A DNA stretch of 64,000 nt from Eledone cirrhosa (lineage: Eukaryota), in contig OZ024741.1 in assembly GCA_964016885.1 (NCBI GenBank), positions 392,646,001 to 392,710,000 on the forward strand, read 5' to 3'. This document shows, in pieces, positions 27,350 to 39,959 of this stretch; within the stretch, counting starts at the first letter, position 1; each line of letters begins with the position of its first letter. Under the pieces are notes generated by a model. The model saw only the letters and a list, made by a program, of their open reading frames with translations, searched no databases and was not told where the DNA came from. The translations under genes were made by a program, and so were the position numbers.

Positions 27350-28283
27350 AATTTTGTTGAAATGAATATCAAGCCACTACCTGCATCCTCCGACATTCAG
27401 GATGTATTGGAGGGTTCTTGCTGTTCCCAGCAAGCATGCCTTTTGAAGTGTTCCAAAAAGCAGGGCTGGACTAATCTTCTTTAACCATCCTTGGAAACTC
27501 TTTGAGATAGTACCTAGTCCACCTATGGACAATCGGGACGACCTTGATTTCATGGCAGTCCCAAATCCTTTTTAACCCCCACTTTAAATCCTGGTATCGT
27601 TTAATTTTCTCCCTCTCCTTTTCTTGCACTCCCCTCTACAATCAGGCACAATCTTTTTTCCTTGTCCAAAACCACCTGGTCAGGCCTATTGTGTTCTAAT
27701 TTCTTGTCCGTCTGTATCCTAAAATCCTACCTTCACCTGATCGTTTTCTATCACCGACTCTAGCTTATGCTCATACCACTTCTCAGAATGTGGTAAATTG
27801 TTTAGTTTGCTTAGATGCCAGTGGATCACCCTGCCTATCACATCATGTCTCCAGCCTTTATAGTGAGTCTGGGCTAGGTGTTTACACTCGGATACAATGT
27901 GAGCCACAGTCTCCTCTTTCTCTCCACAGATCCTACACAGTGAGCTAGCCACCTCCTTGTCAATATGGTGTTTCACCCACTTCGTTCTGAGGGCTTGCTC
28001 TTGTGCAGCCATTAACATTCCTTCTGTAGCTTTTTTAAGGTCTCCTCTTTTTAACCAGTTCCATGTCTGTAGATCTCTAAATTCGGTTTTCTTAAAGCAG
28101 GTGCTATGAAGGGATTTTTCATGAAGGTTGCTCTTCCTCCTTAGACATCCCCTGGTCTATTGTCTTCTCCTTCAGTACAATTTTGAGCATTGGCTCCCTA
28201 CTGTCAGCCACATATTTGTGCAGGTTGTTTTTCTCCATCTGAAAACAGTCCTCTATGCTGATAAGACCTCTTCCACCTTCAGA
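27350..28283 (-). mobile_element. Dong/R4 LINE 3' fragment
   Basis: AAQEQAL, CRICG..ETVAHIVSEC..RHD, HNRPD, ACLLGTA. Confidence 0.82.
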
Positions 28284-29039
28284 TCTCTTTAAGTAGAGTC
28301 TGGTGAATTGGCAGTATTGGTAGAGGGTCGGACACCATGCTTTCCATCATAGTTTCATCCCTTTACGGCCTGAGTTCAAATCCCGTTGAGGTTAACTTCG
28401 CCTTTCATCCTTTCCGGGTCGATAAAATAAAGTACCAGTAACGAACTGGGTAATTGCTGGCCTTGTGTCAAAAGTAGAAACAATTATTATTATTATTATT
28501 ATTATTATGACAATAATAATAATTTCTTGATTGACTACTGAGGCCATAAACATTAAGGAAAATGCAATTAACAAGGATAGTGAGAATATATATAAAATAA
28601 GTAAACAGAAAATAAGGGGTAACAAAAGATTTCTCCAATAAGTGTGGAGCACCCTCCAGAGATAATTAAGTAACCCCCAAAATGTGAGATTACTCCAATC
28701 ACCAAAGGCACCATAGACAAGGGCCCATCTCTTCTCCATTCTTTCCAGCCTACATATTTAGAGTAGACTCATTCACTCAAGGCATTCTCATTACATTTAC
28801 TCACCTTTTAACAAATATAATAGGGGACCACTCTTCACACTCCAGCCTCAACTCCCCTTTCAAGAAGATCTTAAAAAAGTCAATGAGGGCTTGGCCAAAG
28901 ACAGAAAAATTACCTGCTTTTCTTGAACAAAACATGGTGGCAAGGCAATCTTTATAATAGAGTCAGTTGATAGCCAGATCCATCCAACACACAACAGCTG
29001 TTTGATTAATTCCACAAGTCAGTTTGTGAAGATATTTCA

Positions 29040-29041
<2 letters not shown>

Positions 29042-29106
<65 letters not shown>
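29042..29106. repeat. (AC)n microsatellite
   Basis: Direct inspection. Confidence 0.97.
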
Positions 29107-29112
<6 letters not shown>

Positions 29113-29555
29113 CATACCTACAGAAAGAGTGAGAGATAGATATACAGATTGAGAGAGAGAAGGGGAAGAGAGAGTGAGTCAGGTGTCAGGCCACAGTAGA
29201 AAAAAGGTGTAGTTAGTTAGGGAGAGAGGCAGAGGTGGATTGAGTGAGAGGTGTAGTATTTCCCTCCCTCTATATAGATAGCATGAGGGACAACCAGGCA
29301 TTATCTGTGTGCTAGAAAGAGCAGTAAACTCTCTCCAACTCAATCCACCCCCATTCCATTTTCATAAAATAAGTTGACAGTGAGCTTGATGGAGGTCAGA
29401 TTAGTTGAAAACACAAGAGAAACCTTAATTATTATCAATTTTATTTAGTGTTATTAGCGGTCAGCGTACAAACAAACTTCCTTTTTATAAGGATATAGAT
29501 ACACACACACACACATACACAAACACACACATACACATTTACTCACCTTAGATAC

Positions 29556-29639
29556 AAAATGAATAAACTAACAAGGATGAAATTACATTAACAATTAAAT
29601 GATTTAATGTAATTTAATCCTTGTTATTTTATTCATTTT
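29556..29639. repeat. Short imperfect palindrome followed by ATATGGTCTGT
   Basis: AAAATGAATAAA..ACAAGGAT..AATTACATTAA and its reverse complement. Confidence 0.7.
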
Positions 29640-30117
29640 ATATGGTCTGTGATATTGTAAAACTACAGTAATTGGAAATTTACTGATTGGATTAAACTCT
29701 GAACTGTCTTTTACCACCTATCTTTTGAGCTTTCAATTACTCTTTGCATTATATGGTTGTGTTATCAACATGTCTAAACTATTATATATATATATTTAAA
29801 TGGGGTTATAGGAAAAATACTATATACACTATATCCTCAGTTTCTCTCATTACTCACTCAATGGGATATTCAGATGGGATACTCAATACGTTATTCAGAA
29901 TGGAAGCATGTGGATGTCCTGGACTAAGAGATCTATCTATCTGTATATATATATATATCTTTGTTTTATATATATATATATATAACAAAGAGGGTGTGGT
30001 AAGATACCAGGTGGACCATAATGCACCAGAGTACTCAATACTTAGGGTAGATCTGAACAGTTCAGATCTAGCTGTTGAAACGGTTGGAGCTCAGCCATTG
30101 TGGTTCTGGCTCTTTTC

Positions 30118-30902
30118 ATCATCATCATCATCATCGTTTAACGTCCATGTTCCATGCTTGCATGGGTTTGGACGGGAGTTTTCCCACTTGAGGCAAGAGT
30201 GGTTGTCTTGCTCGCATAGGACTGTCTGGCGGGTTTTCTACAGCTGGATGCCCTTCCTAACACCAACCACATTTACAGTGTGGGGCTGGGAGGTTTTTAC
30301 CGTGTTGCCTACATGGCCACATTACAGCGTGGACTGTGTGTTTTTTTGTCGTGACACCTACACGATCTCATTTGTTTCGGCCTGGATTTTGTGGCACCAA
30401 CACAACTTTACATTGAAAGGGGTGGTGTGGATGGGGTGGGGGTGGTGGGACGGGGGTGTATTTTGTTAGAGATGCCTACTGACTGTAGTAGGTTTTACTT
30501 TATATTTAGGTAACGCGGGTCTTCTCTATTACTGAGTACCGCCAAAGCTCTCGGTCCAGTGACATTGTCTTGGAGAGGTGTAAGTGTGTGAGGTCGGAGT
30601 TTATCAGCTCATCCCAGGTTTTTCTGGGTCTGCCTACTCCATGGCTACCGTCTATCTTTATTGCCCTGCACTTTGCTATACAGCTGTCGTCTTTCATGCG
30701 CATCACGTGACCGTACCAACGTAGCCTTCTCTCTAGTAAACAACATCTGATCCCTCTTATTTCTAATTTTTTCCTTAGTTCGTTTATGCTTTGCCGTTCG
30801 CGTATATTACTATTACACATCCAGCGGAGCATGCAAGCTTCGTTCCTCTCTAGTCTGCGTATATCCTCTGCACACAATGCCCAGGTCTCACTGCCATGCA
30901 AC

Positions 30903-30903
<1 letters not shown>
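30118..30903 (-). mobile_element. RTE LINE 3' end
   Basis: MLHGSETW..RRLRWYGHV, 3' UTR, (GAT)n tail. Confidence 0.88.
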
Positions 30904-30956
<53 letters not shown>

Positions 30957-31157
30957 ATATATGAAAACAGGGAGAAAAAGACGATTATTAGGAAGAAAAA
31001 TATATTTTTTTACTTTTTTGTTTCTCTCTCTCTTTTTTCTGGGTTAGAAAATGATTAAAACAAAATGTTTTACTTTGTGTGAAGTGTTAAGGTATTAGTT
31101 GATTTATTTATTATTTAACATGGCATTTATTTATCTATTTATCTATTTAATAATTGT

Positions 31158-31196
31158 CTATTACCGGTTTCAGCATTTTTATGCATTATCAAATGA
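31158..31196 (-). ncRNA. Decayed hammerhead (ACCGGT stem III)
   Basis: TTGATAA-T-GCAT-AAA-ATGC-T-GAAAC-CG-GTA (loop length approximate); the core differs from CTGATGA by two transitions. Confidence 0.45.
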
Positions 31197-31327
31197 TAGT
31201 GAAATGTATTAGTGTGGTGTCGCACATGTTAAACAGAAGGTGCAGAAAGAATAATGTTATTTACAAACAAGGTTTATGAAGGTTAACTCGTGTGCTTCCT
31301 CTCCTCATTTTATTATATATATATATT

Positions 31328-31672
31328 GGAGGCACATGGCTTAGTGGTTAGAGCATTGGGCTTGCAATCGAAAGGTTGTGAGTTCAATTCTCAGACCGGG
31401 TGATGTGTTGTTTCCTTGAGCAAGATGCTTTATTTCACATTGCTCCAGTTTACTCAGCTGTAGAAATGAAATGATAGGACTGGGGTCCCTATCATTCCAC
31501 TGCAAAGTGGTCGTGGAGGTGCCACAGCAAAAAGCACCCAGCACTCACTGTAAATGAGGTTGGTGTTATGAAGGGCATCCAGCTGTAGAAATCAAGCCAG
31601 AATCAGTTCCCGTCCCACCCTTGCAAGCAGGGAAAGCGGACGTAAAATGATGATGATGATGATGATGATGAT
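31328..31672 (+). mobile_element. SINE, same family as 1297
   Basis: Full-length homology. Confidence 0.88.
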
Positions 31673-33914
31673 ATATACAAACACAATTAAGATTCCAGAA
31701 GTGGATTGAGATGTAACCACAGTTAAAAAAGCTACACACTGTTACTGTTTGAGAAGGAAGATGGTGGAAACTTTGAAGTAAACAGAATGTTAGTGTGCAC
31801 AAATAGTATAACATAATGTGCCATAAGAGGAATTGGATGTGATGTACAAAAGAGAAAACTGCATTGGTATGGACATGTGATGTATTTGGAAGATGGCAGT
31901 TGCATAAAGAAACTCAGAGAAATCCTAATGACTGGGACTTATTGAAGAGGCAGACCCAGGAAGATTTGGGTCAAGGTAGTGAAGACTGATCGTAATAAGA
32001 TATACCTCGCAGAGAGGAGAAAAGACCACAAAGTTTGGCAATATGCTGGTGAAAACCGGTCATCAGAATAAATGTGACCTGACCCAATACTGCATACTCC
32101 ATCCCATCCATGCCCCATCCGGTATCATGTCTTAGCTATTTCTCTTCTTTCTCCTCTAAAGTCCTTAGATACCCTCTCTATTGCATTCTTGTAGCTACAT
32201 TCCCCACCCTGTTCACCCCACCCACCCATGCCTCCTCCACAGTCACTTCTTAACTGTTTCCCTAGCTCTAAGCTCCTTTAGACACCCTCTCTGTTACACT
32301 CTAGTATCTATCCCCTCCACCTCACTCCATCCCCCCCCCTCTGTTATTCTCTCTGTTACTACATGATTCCCCTCCAAGCTAGTGACCACGCCTCCACCAC
32401 TATTCTCATCATCACTACATCCCCTACTCATCACCCTGTCAAATCATACCCCACCACTTCCTTTTTCCTCCCTCCCCCAACCTTCAGAGCAGAGAGGGCT
32501 CTTCAGTTGGAACAATAACTGACAACCTCTCTAGTGCTGGTGCTATGAAAATACAACCAGTGCACTCTGTAAGGTGGTTTGGATAGGAAGGGCACCTTGC
32601 TGTAGAAACCATGCCAAAAGGGTTGAGAGGACCCTTGAGTTGCATCAACATGCTAATGATCTACACAATAAACTCAGCCACAACATGCTGTAAAATGGTT
32701 GGTGATAGGGAGGGCATCCAGTCATAGAAAGCTTGCCAAACAAAGGGTTGGGAGGCTCCTCCAGTTGCGTCAAATGCATGACAACTTCTCTAGTGCTGGT
32801 GCCATGGTAAAATGCAATTGTTAAAGTTGCAGACTGGTTTAATGCAAGAATAATTATTTTATAGAGCTTCAGATGCAGGGTATATATTAACAGCATAAAA
32901 GTCTTTTCATGCAGGAAACTAGCTCGTAACTTCAATAAAGGTTTAATATCATTTAACTTTGTCTTTCATCCCTACGGGGTCGATAAAATAAAGTACCAGT
33001 AATACACTGGGTAATTGCTGGCCTTGTGCCAAAAGTAGAAACAATTATTAAGTAATTATATAGCTCTTCAACTGATACAGTTCTCTAACTAGTAATTAAT
33101 ATTATGCTATACAAGGGCGGTGGATTGGCAGCCATTAAAGCATCGGACATGTTTTGTGGTATGTAGTTACAGCCCTTTACATTCTGAGTTCAAATCTCAC
33201 CGAGGTTAGCCTTGCCTTTCATCCTTATGAGGGTCGATAACATAAAGTACCAGTAACACACTGGGGTAAATTTAGTCAACTTTTCCGTTCCCTTCAAATA
33301 TGTGGGCCTTGTACCAAAAGTAGATACAAATATTATGCTACACAGAAGACCCAACTGCCATTGCACACCCCACCCCACACCCTACCCCATCCTCCCTCTC
33401 CCATTCCATCCTCTGTGTCGATGATACAACAGGCCACTGTTATATTCACCTACAATTGCATAGTGTAGTATACTATTCAAGATTGTTGGAAGGAAGTTAT
33501 CAAGTGGAAAGGAAGGCAATAGTGCCAAATAGTTCCATAAAGGAGTTACAGTAGATGTTAAACTTCTTTGCCCATTTATTCCTAAGAGGATTGTGGGTTA
33601 GAATCCTCAAACACTCCTTCTAGTGTGTCCTGTCAGAGCAGCCAACTCCAATTGATCCAGCTGGATCCCCAAGCGAGACCACTGGGTCTCCTGCCAGTGG
33701 GTTTTGCCTGTAAAATCTGTCCAGTGATTCTTTCCTGAGACATTCTAACCACATGCACATGGTATCAGAGCTGTGATCTCTCAATTCAGAGAAGTAGTGG
33801 CTCTACCTGGAGTGACTCTCTAATTTCTAAGCTACACACTCTATCGAATAACATCACTCCAAAGATCCTTCGGAGAAACCCCTTTTTGACCGCTTGTAAT
33901 TGTGATCATATTTG

Positions 33915-34240
33915 TTAGGATAATGGTGTTAAATTGAAACCATTCAATGTGGGAGTTGGACTCTGCCAAGGGTACATACTGTCACCTCTCCTGTTCATTA
34001 TTTTCATGAACAGAATTGACATGCACATCCAGGTTGGAAGTGGTATCACGACTGGCAGGTGTAAAATCAGTCAGCTGCAGTTTGCAGATGACATGGTGTT
34101 ACTTAACTCGACAGAAGGTGATCTCCAACTTGCACTTGATAGGTTTGATGCCGAGTGTTGCATGGCTGGAATGAAAATCAGTGCTGCAAACACTGAGATG
34201 CTCATCCTCTCAAGGAAGCCTGTGCAGTGCACTCTACATG
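33915..34240 (+). mobile_element. RT fragment of a different RTE-like LINE
   Basis: VGLCQGYILSPLLF..FADDMVL. Confidence 0.7.
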
Positions 34241-34289
34241 TGTATGTTAAACGTGATGTTTTAAAAAAAGTTTGACGGAAGAGAAAAAA

Positions 34290-35700
34290 ATCATTCGCAT
34301 TAAAGCTTGCAAAATATACAGTGGAAATAATATAAAGAGAAAATTAGTTTAAATACTCAAGTAGCTATTCCATTACCTGCTTGGATATTATTCTTTCATA
34401 GATCTAATGCGGTACTTAAAATGGATTGGGTCTTGAGTATGTGTATCACTGATCAAACTGCATGTAATGTGCTGGTAGGCATGAATTTCATTTGATCGAA
34501 AGCTAAGCGTTTGTATGATGATTTGCAGAAAATGAAAGGTGAAATCTTTTCTGGCTAGTAGAGGCTGGTTTGAAATGTTTAAGAAGCACTTAAATTTACA
34601 TAACATTTAAATGACCAGTAAAGATGCCAATGATGTCACAGAAATTGCTAGTAATTATTCTGAAAGCTGAAAAAATTATTGCTGAAGGAAACTAAACACC
34701 AGAACATGAATACAATGTTGATAAAACTTGGTTTTCTTGGAAGTCCATATCTGCTATGATTTTTATTTCTCGAGAAGAAAACGCAACATCAGAATTTAAA
34801 ACTTCCAAAAATCTCCTAATGTTCTTTTTGGGAAGAAATGCTGCTAGTGATATGAAACTATAGCTCCAACTCATGTATCACAGCCAAAACCTAAGGGTCT
34901 TCAAGGGTTATGCAAGTTTAATCTACCTCTAATTTGTCATTCAAATAAAGATGCATGGATGATTTAGAACATCTTCAAAGGCTGGTTTACAAACTATTTT
35001 TGTCCAACTGTAAAAAAAAAAATGAGTGCCAACACAGTATTGCTATTTCTAAACAATGAACTAAGCCACTCAGTGAATTTAAATGATCATACTCATAATG
35101 AAAGAGGAGAAAATATCTCCAAGACCACAACTTCTTTGCTCTATTTAATAGATAAACTTCAAAGCATATTATTTGAAGAGTAATTTAAAACAACTTCTAA
35201 AAGCAATTGACAAGGTGGATAAGCTTATAGTTAGAGATATATTCCAAATGTTCACATTATGGTTGCTGTAGAATGAAATATATGGCCAGACTGTATCTAT
35301 GTCTACAAATTGTTAACAAGCTAGAAGTTTACTTTAACCCTTTAGCATTTACATTACCCTATATTTACTATTATATTTTCATGGTAAAAGCTTTACCTTA
35401 CATAATTATCTCACATAATATCGAATCTATGAGATTTTGATAATATTTATTTTGAGAACAATACCTTAACATCAGTATAAGTGGCAAGTTACAGCTGGTT
35501 TGAACAGAAAGAGGTGAGAGAATTCTGGCCAGATATGGCGGATTTAAATGGGTTAAGTTGGGAAACATTGTAACATTAGCAAATGGTGTAGGGCTTGAAG
35601 AAATTATATAGGATAGTATATTTAAGTTGCTAGAATCCCATAGAGAAAGTTTGTCTTATGAGGAGCTGATAATGTTAGAACAGGAGTGAGTTGCATAGTA
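34290..35700 (+). mobile_element. Tigger/pogo transposase relic
   Basis: ASRGWFE.FK..NLHNI, IIAEG..P...YNVDKT.F.WK, NAASD.KL; many stops. Confidence 0.72.
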
Positions 35701-37027
35701 AGAAAAGAATGCTGATAATTGTTTCTACTTTTGGCACAAGGCCAGCAATTACCCAGTATTACTGGTACTTTATTTTATCAACCCTGTAAGGATGAAAGGC
35801 AAAAAGTTAAGATGATGAATTATAAAATAAAAGTTTGACCTCCCCCCCCCCCCCCCCTCCCCAGTAACTCCCACACAACAGTCAACAACTTTTGTGGAAA
35901 GAATGTATCCAATTACTATATTATGATTTTTATTCCCTAATGTATTATTTTTCAAATGTTTCTATGGAAACATTATACTGTGTATGTTGTCAAATTGTTA
36001 TTCTCATGCATAAAGTTAGTTGTATTGTTATATTTCTATGAAGAAATTTCCTCAGAATTTTTCAAATATAACAGGAAAATCAATGGGAAAATAGCCTTTG
36101 AATTATGGAATTTTGCATTATGGTATGATTTTTCAATGCAAATTTCCATAATGTAGATGTGCGGGTATATATAAATGATTCAGTAAATTATCACAATAAA
36201 AGTTTAAATATATATTTTTTAAAAGTGGAAAACAAAACAATAAAAACCCACTTTCCTCTCTTGGGGTGAGTGCATTTTATAGCCAAAATATCGAAAAGTA
36301 AAAGGTATAACACTACTTTTTTTCATTCTTAAATTTTAAGTTGCATAGTTGTAACTTTCCAAAACACTTGTACCTATATTTCACAATAATTAAAATAAAC
36401 CCTTTCTATCAGTCTCCATATATAAAGAGAAAGAAATACAATGAGAGAGGCTGTGTGTGAAAAACAGATAGATATTACCATAGTAATAGTAACTAGTAAC
36501 TAACTACACAGCTAGTGACACTTTCCTGCCAATACCCCCAGCTTGTCGCCAACCATTGTTGCTGGCTTACATGTCCATTAATCAAGACACCGTTTGTTAT
36601 ACAAGATGTTTCATGTTTGGAAAAATTGTTTGTGAAACGATTTGTTTGTAATGAGAGGTGATAGGGAACCAAGGTTTCACTATATATATATGTATGTATA
36701 TATATATGTATATATATATATGTATATATATATAAGTATATATATATGGAATAGAATGAAATGAAATTTCATTTCTCACTCTTAGTACGGCACTTACTTA
36801 AATGTAAGTATGTATGTATGTATACGTACATACATATATGTATACAGACGTACAGTAGTATGTATATATATATACACACATGCACACATATATATATGCA
36901 CGTATCGGTTTACCGAACATTTATTATAATGCTCGGTTTGTTTGTTTGTAAACAAACAAACAGCCCGAATTACGCCGTACAGTGTTTAGGCAACCACGTC
37001 ACCTTTTTGTTCAACACTGACACAGGA

Positions 37028-37070
37028 ACGATGTACTAGTTTCAAGCTTATTAGCTATCGTCAGCATCGT
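37028..37070 (-). ncRNA. Inverted copy of the 37366-37408 hammerhead
   Basis: Reverse complement. Confidence 0.85.
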
Positions 37071-37365
37071 ATACCTTCCTGCCAGATGGTTGAACGTCTG
37101 AAAGTATATACTTTCCTTATGCATATTAACTACTGTACGTCTGTATACATATATGTATGTACGTATACATACATACATACTTATATTTAAGTAAGTGCCG
37201 TACTAAGAGTGAGAAATGAAATTTCGTTTTATTCTATTCCATTTATCGTTTTCGGTGTGCCCGGCCGACTGAACTCACTCGATATGCAAATTAGGCTGCT
37301 CAGCCATTAATATGCATAAGGAAAGTATATACTTTCAGACGTTCAACCATCTGGCAGGAAGGTAT

Positions 37366-37408
37366 ACGATGCTGACGATAGCTAATAAGCTTGAAACTAG
37401 TACATCGT
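37366..37408 (+). ncRNA. Type I hammerhead ribozyme (ACTAGT family)
   Basis: ACGATG-CTGACGA-TAGCTAATAAGCTT-GAAAC-TA-GTA-CATCGT; perfect 6-bp stem I. Confidence 0.85.
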
Positions 37409-37629
37409 TCCTGTGTCAGTGTTGAACAAAAAGGTGATGTGGTTGCCTAAACACTGTACTGCGTAATTTGGGCTGTTTGTTTGTTTACAAACAAACCGAG
37501 CATTATAATAAATGTTCGGTAAACCGATACGTGCATATATATATGTGTGCATGTGTGTATATATATATATATACTACTGTACGTCTGTATACATACATAC
37601 ATACTTATATATATTTGTATATATATATA

Positions 37630-38358
37630 TACGTGCAGAGGACCTGTGCAGACTGGAAAGGAATGAAGCTTGCATGCTCCGTTCGATGTGTAATAGTAAT
37701 ATACATGAACGGCAAAGCATAAATGAACTAAGTGAGAAATTAGGAATAAGAGGGATCAGATGCTGTTTACTTGAGAGAAGACTACGTTGGTATGGTCACG
37801 TGATGAAAGACGACAGCTGTATAAAAAAGTGCAGGGTGATCAAAATTGATGGTAGTTACGGAGTAGGTAGACCCAGTAAAACCTGGGATGATCTGATAAA
37901 TTCCGACCTTATACACTTGCACTTCTCTAAGACAATGTCATTGGACCGAGATCTTTGGCGCTACGCAGTAATACAGAAGACCTGCCTTGCCTATGTACAA
38001 AGCGAAACCTACAGTCAGTAGGCACCTCTTAACCAAATATACACCCCAATCCACTACCTCTACCCTATCCTGCCACTCCCACCAACACCACCCTCTCTTT
38101 GTAAAGTTGGTACCACAACATCCAGTCCAAATAAATGAGATAATGAGATCGAGATCGTGTAGGTGTCACAAGAAAAAAACACACAGTCCACGCTGTAATG
38201 TGGTCGTGTAGGTAACACGGTAAAAAGTTCCCAGTTCCACACTGTAAATGTGGTTGGTGTGAGGAAGGGCATCCAGCCGTAGAAAACATGCCAGATAGTC
38301 CTATATGAGCGAGACATGGTCACCTGACCAACCTTGCCTCAAGTGGGACAACTCCCGT
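37630..38358 (+). mobile_element. RTE LINE 3' fragment
   Basis: RLERNEACML..RRLRWYGHV plus UTR. Confidence 0.85.
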
Positions 38359-38438
38359 TATTCCGGGTTGAATCAGAGGTAACCACTGTAAGTAAGGTAC
38401 TCAATACATTGCAGAGTATAAAAGTTTTAATATAGAAG

Positions 38439-38489
38439 AGCTTCTACAGGACTAGAACTGTTTCATTCATGAGAAATCATCAGGAAGCT
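38439..38489 (-). ncRNA. Inverted hammerhead sharing the central AAGCTT
   Basis: Reverse complement of 38486-38536 with one substitution in the stem II region. Confidence 0.78.
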
Positions 38490-38536
38490 TCCTGATGATT
38501 TCTCACGAATGAAACAGTTCTAGTCCTGTAGAAGCT
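38486..38536 (+). ncRNA. Type I hammerhead ribozyme in a spacerless palindrome
   Basis: AGCTTC-CTGATGA-TTTCTCACGAAT-GAAACAG-TTCTAGTC-CTGTA-GAAGCT. Confidence 0.8.
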
Positions 38537-39000
38537 CTTCTATATTAAAACTTATATATATATATATAATGAAAAATAAAAGATACGGGTGAAAGAGGGG
38601 AATATCCATCGTCAATTGTCTGCTAGGAATCACAGGTATTTCTTCGCGTGAGAGACAAGATACCTCAGCCTAGGGCGAACAATAACTAAAATAAGTTATT
38701 GGGATAAAAGGGGGGGGGGGCGGATAAAAACATGTAAACAGACATGAAGAGTTAAGCAACGTAAAGAGAGGAAAAATAGGAAAAATATCAAGTCAACAAC
38801 TCATTTTGAACGTAGGAATTGACGAGTTTGACGAGAGAAAAACGACATGTCTTCACTGTAGCCGTGTGAGCGAGAGAAGAGACTGATTACAGTGGTGGAC
38901 GAGGGAGGTAGTGAGCTAGCGGAGAGAGAGTGACTAGCAGAGAGGGAGTGAGTGAAAGTAAGAGGAAGCGAGAAAGAGATAGTTATAGTGGCAGGGATTT

Positions 39001-39640
39001 GCTATATGTATAGGAGTAAATTTTGGAATAAGATAGAGAGAACTAAGAAGAAGACTAATAAAGTCAACTCATGGTATGACAACAATAAACACCAGAGTGT
39101 AATGGACATCAATGCAACCCACAGAAGCGAATTAGCTAATTAAAATTAGATATTAAGAAAAAACATGTATTTATATAAAAGCCCTAATTTGCAGAACATA
39201 TCCTTTGGAAAAAACACTGCACTGAATTGTATAGTCTGGAAAAAAAAGTCCACAAATTTACTACAAAACTAGGAATGTAGAATATAGCATAAGATGTATG
39301 GAGGGACGGTGTAAGGATAGGAACATAAGTTACATAGGACTGTAGCATTGGAGAAAGGATAAATAAGTACTGGCGAGAACTCCAAGATGGGAAAAACTCA
39401 TCAGTACTCCACCAGCCTGCCAGAGTGGAACATAGGGGCACACTAAAGAACAGCAAGATAAAATTCATAGCCATACACAGAACAGAGGCAATGTACCAAC
39501 AGATTACAGAAGCAACAAACATAAATGAATTCCAACCAACAGAAAGCATGAGTGGAATAGCAATAACATCACAACTAGTAACTAAGGACAAATTAAAGAC
39601 ATACAGAGATACACAAGAACTAAACTAATAAAATCAACTG
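39001..39640 (+). pseudogene. Penelope-like element C-terminal relic (linker + GIY-YIG endonuclease)
   Basis: Broken frames: WYDNNKHQSVMDINATHRSELA; RNVEYSIRCMEGRCKDRNISYIG; SIGERINKYWRELQDGKNSSVLHQ..EH..IAIHRTEAMYQQITEA. These show VxY...YIG, R and terminal E motifs. Confidence 0.7.
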
Positions 39641-39832
39641 GACAAGCAACCAACTAGTGACAAGTAAATAAAAATAAATGAATAAATAAAAACACACAAA
39701 AACGCGAACACAAAACATGTGCAACAGGAGTACAGGGCTCACAAAAAAGATATATATATATACATATAAATGTGTATATATATATGAGTATATATATATA
39801 TGTATACATATAAATGTGTATATATATATGAG

Positions 39833-39869
<37 letters not shown>

Positions 39870-39959
39870 GTATATATATATATATCCATATATACATATA
39901 TATATATAAATAATAATAATATTATTTATACTTATATATACACTATATATAATTATAAA

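Larger units (their letters stand above)
36747..37610. mobile_element. ACTAGT-family HHR element, inverted plus permuted copies
   Basis: 36747-37129 is a minus-strand, circularly permuted copy of the plus unit that starts at 37130. Confidence 0.8.
38360..38553 (-). mobile_element. Short fold-back HHR element (66-bp arms 38422-38553, no spacer) with tail on the left
   Basis: Palindrome centred on AAGCTT (38487/38488); (AT)n on the right. Confidence 0.8.

Noticed and set aside
38623-38673. Minus-strand CTAGG-CTGAGGT...GAAAT...ATT-CCTAG hammerhead-like motif
   Set aside because: A9 missing, stems II and III weak; a simple hairpin (AGGTAT/ATACCT) explains it.
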